From Zygnema circumcarinatum SAG 698-1b (lineage: Eukaryota > Plantae > Zygnematophyceae): a stretch of 64,000 nt of DNA. Below the pieces are notes generated by a model. It searched no databases. It saw nothing but the letters and a program-made list of their open reading frames with translations, and was not told the origin of the DNA. The stretch lies in contig CM074807.1 in assembly GCA_037447605.1 (NCBI GenBank), positions 1,612,001 through 1,676,000 of the forward strand, in the 5' to 3' direction. The position numbers and the translations under genes are program-made. Positions 25,598-36,627 of the stretch are shown piece by piece; positions within the stretch are counted from its first letter, which is position 1; each line of letters begins with the position of its first letter.

Positions 25598-26861
25598 GGT
25601 TGGGGCCCGTGGGTGGGCTTAGGATGCACGGGGGGATCGGTCAGTGTTAGAGGAGGGATGATATAGATCGCAAGGAAGCTATGTGCCTATAGTATAGCAG
25701 ATTTTTTGGAGCACCACTGCCTGAGTTTTCAAGGGGTACTCCCTTCAAAATGTTTCGGTTAACAATGAGTCATGTACTACGGAGGGGGAGCAATTCATAT
25801 TCCTTACTTTTTGTTGGAAGGAGCGGAGAAGGGCCCATCTGACAACCCTGGTGTGATGTATCTGTCCAGTTGATAACAACTTCTGGAAGGACACTTTTTT
25901 GATGCGAAGAGCTGCCGACAACAGAAAATTTGTTCACTTTTTGGGGGAAGAAAGGGTCTGGTTTGCGCTGGTTCTGATCTGTCAGTGGTATCAGTGGAAA
26001 TCTTTTGGGAACAAGATGATTATATTTTTTTGAAATTGACCACTTGTGCTCTTGGTTTGACAAAATACATTTCGACTCCTTGAAGGGGTCGAATCCCACC
26101 TCTCACTGACTCCATTGGGGGTCCCGACCGTATCTTTTGCTTTAACGTTTGAAATCAGAGTCCGCACTGTTTGTGTCTAATAGTCACTGAAAAGCAGCAG
26201 TGAATTTCGACTCGCTTTCTAAGGAATTTTCTGATGAGAACCCCTACTGTGCAATATTCGATTCTCTTTCCACTAGTCAAGACGCACTGTACACTTCCTT
26301 GTTTAAAGTCCACGCAACATTGGTGGTGACTAGCGATGCTGATGAAAGAAAGAAAAAAAGAGTCACAAATATTTTAGGGCAAACATCATTTCTGCCTTCT
26401 CTTTCTTTCAACAGTTTGCTCCCTTTTCCGTCGCAGTTGAACTTCGTGCTAGAAATTTGGACTGCCTTTTCGTAAGCAAAAGACTCTGAAAAGGCCGTTA
26501 AGATATTCGAAGCCTCAAGCAGCTTTTTCTCCATAAAAAGGAATAGCCGCCACTTCCCTTTGAGGCCCTTCACAGGTTGGACGTGGACCGCACTGATCTC
26601 ACAGACAATGGGACTGATTCCGACCATTGGTGCCAACCGTTGCAACCATTGCCAACCATTGCCAATTTCTCTGACGATCTCTTGGAGGACATCCGTGCCA
26701 ATGGTTGGTCTCAAACCATCGACGAGCTGTACGGCATTTGGACAACCTTCCCATGTTCGTACAATTTGTACAATCCCCCGTACGGCAGCCCCTGCCCCTG
26801 CCAGGGCGAGCCTCAATGAGGGGGGCGAGCCCTGCCCAGCCCCAGCCCAGAGCTTGCAGCC

Positions 26862-29490
26862 ATGGCGGTGGCGGTGGCGGTGGCGGTGGCAGCAAGAGAG
26901 GAGATTTCCCGCGCGCTAGACGAAGCCACAAAGGGCGTCGGCCTCCTGCCGGATGTCCCCGCTCTGCTCGCCGTGAAGCGCCTTGCACGCTCCTCGGAGG
27001 GGAATCTGCGCACCGTTTTTAGTCTGTTGCGGGACAAGCTGCGCGCAAACCACGCACAAGTACGGATGCCTGAGGGTACGAGAGATGCATTTTTCAGCAA
27101 ATTTTTTTCCCCTTCTCTATCTGACCTCTCCTTTCTTCGAAGAATTATCCTACGGAGGCCCTTTTCGCGCCACATGGCGTTTATTCTTAGTTTGTCTTCA
27201 TGCGAGTGGATGTCTCACTTGCATCCAACGGGCGCTAATGGGTCACGCTGCTCCTCAGTAGACAGTTGCATCTTAATTGCGTTAATATTGCCCATGCACA
27301 CTCGAATTCCCCAGCATCGCTGATGCAGTCATGCACGCTGGTAAAGCAGGAATTCATGTGTCTACATTTTCCTCAGGAACCTATCCACTTTCTTTCCCTT
27401 TTTAAAAATAACAGCGGTTTATTTTATAAGCTGTGGCGTTTTATGTATCAATTCATTTAGCTTACATGGCATTCCTCTTGACCATGCAGGTGCGTTACCT
27501 CGCCCTTCAGGTTGTGGATGAGCTCTTTATGCGTTCCAAGCTGTTCAGACAACTGCTTGTCGACATGTTCGAGCCTTTTCTTCAACTGACAGTCGGTCAT
27601 CGCACGGAGTTTCCACTTCCTCCTCCCAAAGAGCGTGCTTCGGCTCTTCGAGAAAAAGCCATCGAGTGTGCGGAGAAATGGAACGATGCATTCGGACTGC
27701 ACTACAGGGCTCTTCATTTGGGATATCGTTATCTGAAAGACACATTAAGGTACAAGTTTCCTAACCTTCCAGAGCAGAGAGCGGCAGAAGAAAGGCAACG
27801 TCGAGAGAAGGAGGAACGAATTCAGAAAATGCTGGCAGCCAAATTTGAGCGCTTTCAGGAGACCTTTCCTGAGATGAAGGGGGAAGCAGAGGCCACCCTT
27901 GACCAGATAGAGCAAGCATTTCAGATTATCAAACGCGTGGGCAGCTCCGAACCTGCTTCTGCTGTTGGCGGCAACGATTTTTTGGATGAGGCATTTCAGA
28001 AAAGGGAAGATTCTGACGATGAAAATGAGGAGGCCTTGTTCGGCACTCGAGAGATGAGGCGGACGGCCGTTGAACTGGATGCCGAGAATGAGAGAAGAAA
28101 GGCGAACATGGAGAATGTAGCCGTGGTGGAGTCGTTACATGAGCTGCTGAAGCTCTTATCTAAACGGCATCTTGTGGCTACACAAGAGTGGCTCACCCTA
28201 CTGTCTCGGGTAGAACTCGATGATCGGCGCCTTTTAGAGCAGCTTCTAAAGGATGTGATTGACCTCAGAAATCGGCTGACGGATGCTCGAAAACGTTGTG
28301 AAGAGCATGGCATCAAGGTACTGTCAACTTTTGGGGAAGGCCTGGCAATCAGCAGGGAAGATGACATGGAAGGAGTGGAGTGGGAGACAGGAGCTTCAGT
28401 AAGCCAAGACATAGCGGGTGCCGGACATGACGTTATGGACGTGAAACGTGGAGAAGCCGTGGCAGCTGTTGCTGAAGAAGGATGTAGCAAGGATGCAACC
28501 AGGAAACCTTCTTGTGGGAATGCCATATCTAGGGAGAGTAGCTTACAGTTGAACACAGCAATAAAAAACGAACGAGTAACGAAGGAGGTAAGCAAGGAAA
28601 AAATGACCCTTTTTCAAAGTGCACCGGTTGTACCATGGGGGCATTACCTCGATCACTGGGGAGAGGAGGACCGGATTCAGGTGGACACTCGAGGCCTGAC
28701 GGTTGATAACCACTGGGGTCCCATCAACTCTGAAGCCGTTCTTCCGGCAGACAGAGTGAAGGAACTGAGCCTTCGAACCTCATACTACGAGCCTGAGGCT
28801 GTACCTAACCGGCCATGCAGGGCCCCTCTAAAGAGCGGTGGACTATGCCAGCGGAGAGATGCTGCGAAATGCCCATTGCATGGGGTCATCATCAATCGAG
28901 ATGCACGAGGTCAGCCCGTCACAGATGAGAGTCGCCAGGAAGGAGCGAAGGATTCACAAGAACCGGCCAGGGGAGCTGACATTGCAGAGAGGGGCATGGA
29001 GACGACAGCTGAGGCTACATGTGATGATGCAGACGCGGAGCCGGCTCCGGACGCTTCTAGGAGCGCATTGGACAGATTGCAGCATTCTGAAATGCTTCGT
29101 GGACTCGCCAAGCAGGCAGTTGAAAATGTGAGGATGAAGGACAATTCTGCAGGGAGGGAACGCAAGAGATTGGAGGCGGCAGGAAGAAGTGGGGCTCGTT
29201 TGGCAAGTGAGCACAACGAAGCTGTCTTAAGGCAGGCGGCTCTTGCAGGGAGCAGGCAGGGCCTTGGAGAAGTGCTGGGGGAGGATTTGGAAGAGAGCAT
29301 GAAGCAAGAGGTAAGCAGGACAAAACGAAGGAAAGGGGATGGACTAGCCGCGATGTTGAAGAAGAAGGAGACAACAAGGGATAGGCTCTCGAAAAGACTT
29401 TTGAATACGAGAGTGAGAGGTGCAACAGCGAAGCACATTGCCAGGGAGGACGAGCGCAGTCAGCACCAGGTGTTCTCTGCTAGTCAGTAA
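26862..29490 (+). CDS. UVSSA: UV-stimulated scaffold protein A homolog
   Basis: Exons 26862-27059 and 27490-29490. VHS/ENTH-like N-terminus (HAQVRYLAL..DELFMRSKLFR), DUF2043 region (DNHWGP) and UVSSA zinc finger (CRAPLKSGGLCQRRDAAKCPLHG). The exact C-terminus may involve another exon. Confidence 0.92.
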
Positions 29491-29635
29491 CACAAAAAGA
29501 AAAAGAATAATACATTGTGGAGCTGCAAAAGCGTGTTCATTGTCTATCCTGCCATAATAAAATGGAAAATTCATATTCCAGTTGTACAACTCAATCATGC
29601 CAGGATTGTGACTGTCTCGGCTGAAGAAATATAAT

Positions 29636-32600
29636 TTAGAAGCTTTGGGAGATGTTTTCTTCGTGCAATCGAGGCTCGCCCTTTTTGTTAGAAATGAGCA
29701 CCCATGCGTCAGGTAGATTTTCTGGCTGGTATAAAACCACCTTCTTGAAAGAGTCCCAAGTATTGATCCGATGTCGCTCATGAAGGTCAACGTTCCTCAT
29801 TAAGGATATTTCATACCTTTCTCCGTTTTGGCCACTTGAAACACTCATTGGGAAGCTAACACTGAACAGCGAGTGCACGTCCTGCATCGCAGCAAAGAAA
29901 ACAAGTGCTTAGTCCAACTGCCCACACTCCATGGCCATCAATTGTACTCTGTTATCTACGTGGACTAGACAACCCACAACTCCCCGCTATTAATGAGGCA
30001 ATTCTACACACAATGATGAATTGCTCTGGCATGGATTCATGTTGTCTGCCAGAAAATCAACGATTCAAACAGCCTTCTCGTTTCAGTGTTCGCGAGCATG
30101 TTACATTTCTTACATTTTTTTTGTTTTTAAATGAAGAGGAGGACTGCCGTTTTCAATAGCAAAGAATAGAGGTGGACAATCAACAACATTGTCGGCTCTC
30201 AATGAATGCGGGTCATCATGTGGTGTAAATCATGCACTGTCATTCCCTTTTGCATACCTGACAGTCGGGCATGCAGAATTCTGGTTCGTGGACATTCCCA
30301 AAGGCTTCGGCCACGGTACCGACATGAATGCCAAACGGGAGAAACACGGTGCTTCCGAAGCTGCAACCTTCAAAGCTCTGCAGAATAGGGCCGAGAAGAA
30401 CCGATTCAATTTTATTGCTACAGTCTATTAAACGTCATTCAACGTGTCTCTGACAGCTGCTTCGACTTCCTCCTACTCGGCAATGCTTGCCAAGAAATAC
30501 CAGATATAATGACTCACCTCTCCTGAAACTCCAGCAATTTTGCGACCCAGCATCTCCATTTGGGAGACGACTCCGTCGTCTACATGCATAGTCCTCGAGA
30601 TGGCCTTGAGTCCTGTAAGGATCGTGTCGGTTGCACTGCCGTTGATTGTATTCTCTTCCTCATTCCGTTCCAAGTCTGGAGTTGACTCGGCTTTACCTGG
30701 CCGCCTAGCCGTCCTCTGGAAGCTCTGCTTGCCTCTTTCCGCTTCCTTGACGATGGCTTTGACATTGTCAGGAAAAGAGATTGAGCTCTCCTTGCATATA
30801 ACTTCATTCTTATATGTGATAGGCGTTGCTTCAAACACACAAGCAGCATATTCAGGAGATACTCGTGTACCCTGGGTTGTCGAGGACTTTGCGATCACGT
30901 CATTCCGGCTGATGTTGGGCTCAGGCAGCTGATGGTGCTTCATTTGTTCCCATTTGTTCAATACTGACTTGGATGCTTTTGTACATGGAGAAGAAACTAC
31001 CGCACTTTGATCAATGTCAATGGTAATGCTATTGTCGATGCCGCCAATGGACTCCGGTGGTCGTAAGCGAAAGGTCGAAACATCAAAAAGTCCGTTCAAA
31101 ACTGCATCCTTTGATGCTTCCGTGGACTTTTTTGCAAATGAATCATGAGCACTTTGGGTTGCCATCGTCATCAAGAGATAGGCTGCTTGAGTGTCATCCT
31201 TTGGAACCGCACTAACTGTCGACTGGAAGCAGAATTTTCCCTTGCTAGGATTTCCTTCTCCCTCTTCAATTCCGCTCGCTCTCCCCCTTTTCTTCCTCTC
31301 CTCCTTTTGACTATCCCTCCAATTATGCTCGCTTAACTCGATTTCACACCGTCGTAATACTTCAGCTAGATTGGCTATTCCACCTCTGCAGAGAATTGGG
31401 ACTGGCTCTGTGCTGCAAGATCTACACTGAAGCCATGCTTTTATCTGCGGAGGGGACACGCCAATACTTTCAGCCATAGATTTACATTTTTCAGCTGTAA
31501 AGTATTCATCTCTTCCAGCAACCAAGCTATATGCTCCTTCAAGGAATGACACTGCGCATACTTGCTTCTGGTACCATTGGCCTACTTCCGATGCGGTGAG
31601 CCCAGCTTCCGCTGCCAGCTTTGAACATTCTTTGGAGTCAACCATTTGCATCCACTTTCCCCTGCACAAGTAAACCCCTTCCAAGAAGGATCTCTGATGG
31701 TCAGTCAACTTGTCACTGATGTCGCAAGCTGTGACTGATTTTATGCCTCTCCTTGTAGTGCCCGGAGAACTTGAAGGAGGAATGGGCGGAAACACGTACT
31801 CCGGATAACCAGCATGACCGACCTTACTAGTTTCAGCTTCTTCCAACATCAGTGCTTGATCGCGCTCGATAGCCTCATTTGGTGAGGGAGGAATTCCTTG
31901 TACCACTGACAACGACTCTTGATCGTTGGCTGCGCAAATCTCTGGATGCCCTTCAGCTAGTAGCTGAGTTCGAGCAAGGCTGCTTTCACTATTTCGAAAA
32001 ATTTCGCTATCGCTCCCACTGTATCCTTGACGAAGGGAACCATTAACCGTAGTATAGCACTTTGTATCGCCATGCAGGTCAACATGATTGACGATGTTAG
32101 CTGAGTGCATGCTGTTCGTTAGAGAAGAAGCTGTAACTTCCGCCCTCTCCAAACTTGCTAGACGATTCCCATCCAGCCAGCTAAGCGCTTCGAGGTCTTC
32201 CTCCACATCGGTGATGCTGATCACTGCGGCCTTCTCCAGTTCAGCAGGTTGAAGTGGAAGTACCGTCGATCTAAACGGTTCAAACAACTCCAGACCAACC
32301 ATCCTTTCGAGCATCTCCTGAAAATTGCACCAATCTAGTTTTAGGTGCCTTTTGCATGCAAATCAGGAAGAGCCAGTCAAATGTGCAGCGGGTTCACAGA
32401 TCAACGACTAATGAGCAGCACAACAGAGCGAGGAGAATGTCTGTTCATGATTCATCGACAGACATTCCAAGAAGCCACAGTTATACTCGAATGTGTTATT
32501 CCTTCTATATATCATACGTTTCATGCATGTAGTCAGAAAGAGAGAGTAGAGTCACCTTCTTGCTCTTGCTCCCTGCCGAAAGCATGTGTAATGCAAGTAC

Positions 32601-33326
32601 CTGCACCAAAGCTCTCGTCGAGTAAATGCTAGCACATATGTAGGTCCATCCTTAGGCTGAAAGGTTATGTGGATTAGATAGCGCATAGATGGAAGTACAA
32701 TCTCTAGCAAAACGTTCACATGGTAGAAGGACTAAAGAATGCATGTTTTTCTATTGACGGAAGAGGAAGGACATGATAGAGTCAGCGTTACAGAACCGAC
32801 CTGTTGCAGTTCATATCGTTTGTACTTGTTTTCATCCAAACCAATGCAGGGCTGGACTCGGGATCCTTGCTTGGTAAGACCTTTGCATAACTCTGCATAA
32901 CATTCCAGCGTTAGGGATAGCGCTTCTACGCCTGAGCGCGAAACCTGTCGAGGTACACAAAGATTTTCTTTGGCTGTTGAGACACTCGTTGTCTGCCAAT
33001 TCATTTGTGTGCTCACATTTCGCGGCCTACTTGTTGAAAAGGGCAAGCCAGAATTCGGGCTCATCAAAATGCCGCTTCTTTGTTGTTCTGCATCATGCAA
33101 TACCAGCTCCATAACTCTCCTGCAATAGAAATACTGCAAACTTGACAAGGATTCTTCTGGCTATTGTGACAGAAGCTGCCTTCAAATCTGGTTGAATTCT
33201 AACACTGTTCGCCTACCTTCGACACAGCAAGTGACAAAAACAATATAAGCGCGCCACCAGGAATCACATCTCTTCTACATCAGGCACCGATCCATCTATC
33301 CGAGCACGGGTCGCTCTGACCCCCAT
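29636..33326 (-). CDS. Unknown protein with two tandem divergent homeodomain-like repeats and a putative globular C-terminal domain
   Basis: Exons 33326?-33217, 33119-32801, 32317-30518, 30377-30258 and 29881-29636 splice in phase. Repeats LTDHQRSFLEGVY..LAAEAGLTASEVGQWYQ and SFLEGAY..MAESIGVSPPQIKAWLQ. The start codon is uncertain. Confidence 0.75.
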
Positions 33327-34218
33327 TGTAGCCTCGCCTGGCGGTCTCCAGGATCGCCTGCAAGAGGCGTCTGCGTGCGCCTGCGACTCCTGCAAGCTGC
33401 TCGACGGCCGTCCTTACTGCCGTTCCATGTGAAAAGGGTCTCAGTGATAGTCACGTTCCACAAGGAAACTGGTGATCCATCGGTGATTTGTAGTTTGGCG
33501 GTATTTGGGACTGCGGGTCTTTGACATAGAACGGCCTTTGTTTTCTTCACATTCAAATGGGCGGGACTGTGTCCAAGACTCCTGCACTGCCAACCACACG
33601 TTGCCATGCTTGCATGTGCCAACTGCCTGCCCCCAAACTGCATAAGCTCTTTCGCACTGGCAGGCTTCCAAGCGATGTTTTGATGCAACCGCGACTTCCA
33701 CCAAGATGTCGATATTGGATAAGACACGAATCCGTGAGCTGTGGCGATGCACTTCATCACTTTTCATTTAATCAAAAGTGCCAGTCAGCCAATCGACGCG
33801 AGTGCCCAGCCACCTTGACTGCCGCAGTATGGTGCCGTGTTGACACTCTAGTAAGACTTTAGTGAGCCATTCAACTGTAGCGGGTACAGTTAAGCTGAAA
33901 GGTAACCGTTTTACACCTCCTACCATACTTATCTCTGCTAAGGCCATACCACAGATACTAGCGAGTGACTATATTTTAAGCCTCATAACATCTGCTTGTA
34001 GTTTCTTTTTATAGGAAAAATAGTGATATTATCGTATATTTTTATGAATCATTTAGCTTTTGGAAAACATACTGTACGCTTATGACAATTGAGACTTTGT
34101 AATGTAAGGAGCGGCAGCCAAGTTCTCAACTCAGATTAATGTCTGATCGCAACAACCTCAGAAATGGACAATTGTAGTGCCAACTGCACACTTCTTTTAC
34201 TACCAAGAGCAAGATTCT

Positions 34219-36373
34219 CTACGAGGAAACCTCATTTGCAATCTTTCGAGAAGCAGCATTTGCAGGGCTCTTATAGAGGTAATGGCCGGTCAGCTGCAGT
34301 ATGTCCTCTGCTGTCACAATATCTGCACCAGTTGAACAGAGCACTCGGATCAGAATCTCTGACGTAGATCAACCTCTCTCCTCCAAAAGCAAGTGCTCTG
34401 CTTCCATATTGATGGGCAGCTGGCCATGCTGATGCCTGCTTTCTTCTCACTGCGGAAACCACTCCTATAATGAGAGAGTGATTCAAGTTTGATAACCTTT
34501 CCGATGACTGGAGCCCACTCTTGATCTCGATTGCAGTAACTCACCATGTGTGCGAAAGACCACTTTCCCGAGAAAAGCCAGAATTATTCCAGGAGGGTTC
34601 TCGATACCCAAAGCCTCTGCTACGAGGGGCTCAGTGCTGCCGTCAAGCGTAAGGACCTGGAGGACAACAAAGAATACAAGTACAGGTATTTGAGCCTGCA
34701 CGGGTTCTAAGGTTTTATGACGGAAAGAAATAAACAAACCTTAGCTGGCCAGAAACAGTGCGAAATTGAAGCACTTGCTGAAGATATCCCAAGCATTATG
34801 GCCAAATCGTTTTAAAAGTGAACCAATGGTTTCTTAGAATCGATTGTTCAGCTCACCCTTCCCAAGAAAAGACGAAACATCTTGCGCCTCCGAATTGAGA
34901 CACCAAGCTTCTGCTATCATGTTCATTGCATCTAACTAGGATCTCAATCATGCACAATAATGTGGATAGTTACCCGTAAAGGCGCACTCCCCAGCTCCCA
35001 CAATTTCTTGGCTGCATGTTCAGCTTCCTTCACTTGCCTTTCTCCTGCCTCCCGCCTGATAAGTGCAAATCAAACTCATTATCACCGTTCAAAGAGGCAT
35101 TGCGTTGACGAGTGCATTCAATATCATCAATATGGAATGAACTCTGAAGATCGACACTCTCCCGATTCAAACGAATAGTTAATGCTCTTTGCCTTAAAAA
35201 AAGCTACAAAATCTGCTCATGCACTCCATACGGACCATCCGCTCAGACGCTAAAACATTCACGTGCCTCTATTCTCACCAGTAACACCTACAGGCAGCTC
35301 AGCCAACCACTGCTGAGTCCGGAGCTTCTTGTTGCACTCACTGTGGTCCATATTGATCGTAGACACACACCATCACAGGAACGGCGCTGTGCAGAACCTC
35401 ATCCTCCCACCGACTGGCAGTCAACTCTCTCACCTCCCCGAGGTCCTCCCACTCCTCGTTACCATTCACCCAAAGGGCCAAATCTTCGTTTACCTCCTCG
35501 TCTTTTTCCATTCCAGGAGGAGCCCCCCACGTCCTATCAGGAGGCATAAACTGCACTGGAGTATCCGGGAACAAATCAGAATAATTGAAGCCCCAACCAG
35601 TCTCATACTCGTCGCGCCAATCATCATCCTCCTTCTCTACCTTTGGCCGGCCTCGCCGCTTTACAGGAGTAGGTTCTGGAGAATTTCCATTGAAGGGCAT
35701 GAAGTCAGCTCCTGACTCCATATCCACAGTCTTCCTGACTTCTGGATGACAATCAACGCTGCTTACAGATTTCTTGTTCCTCTGTTTAGAAACCGCGGGC
35801 TGAGCTACGGGTTTACTGATAGCTTCAGAAGTTGCCTGTCGAGCACTACCTATCAGAGGCTCCTTCACATCGCTTTCCTTGTTTACAGACAACGCCTTCT
35901 TTGTGCTCGTTCTCCTCCGGACCACCTTCTTTGGCTCCATGTCCACAGGGTTCGTCTCCGATGGAACTTGCTGTGGCACCAAAAATCATCCAACGCCATG
36001 AATTTTTTCCTTCCAGAGTAAGATAGAAGCAGAACTTATGCCATTGCAACGACTAATTCAGCAATTCTGACAATTCAAACAAGTATGACCTACGACTACG
36101 AGCTACGAAAAGAGCTACTAGCTAAGTATATCGAAATCATCACCCAATTAGCAGAAAACTGCTCCAAGAAAGTCAGGCGCTTTCCACGCAGCAAAGAATG
36201 GCATTCACCTGGAGAACTTCTCCTGAAGTTGCGCGTATCCTAGTCGGTGCGGCTCGCAACGAGCCAGCTTGGAGAGTAAGCCGTTCAATAAAGACCCTTT
36301 GAACAGACTCCGCCATCGCAGGTTCACAGGGAAAACGCAAAGCTGCCCGTATGCTCACAGCTGCCATGACCAT
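34219..36373 (-). CDS. Plastid-targeted non-catalytic thioredoxin-fold protein of the MRL7/RCB-NCP family
   Basis: Exons 36373-36209, 35970-35342, 35055-34974, 34656-34545 and 34322-34219. Transit-like N-terminus and acidic region, then VRELTASRWEDEVL..VCVYDQYGP..LTLDGSTEPLVAEALGIENPPGIILAFLGKVVFR..IVTAEDILQLTGHYLYKSP, matching the MRL7/NCP C-terminal pattern as I recall it. No CxxC. Confidence 0.75.
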
Positions 36374-36627
36374 GGCTACAAGCAGCCAGGCCACTCTGCA
36401 GGAGGCCTGGACACTGCCAAGCCCTTGGCTGCATCCATATTGCCAATATCACGACACAAAAAAAAAACGTATCGTATCTCATTTATCTTATCGTATCGCA
36501 CTATTCATATCCTTCAATAACATCGAAGTATTCGATATACGATATATCTCGGCACGCCGAGCTTAGGAAGAGGGATGCTCTTGAGAGCAGTGGTCGCAGG
36601 AGCCATTCATCGCTGGGACGGGAGGCC

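Noticed and set aside
26232-26342. Possible C/D snoRNA (TGATGA...CTGA)
   Set aside because: No purine before the C box, weak terminal stem and no rRNA-complementary guide that I could recognise.
33296-33767. Overlapping 154-aa and 108-aa ORFs upstream of the homeodomain gene
   Set aside because: No recognisable domain. They could hide alternative first exons, but I could not splice them convincingly.
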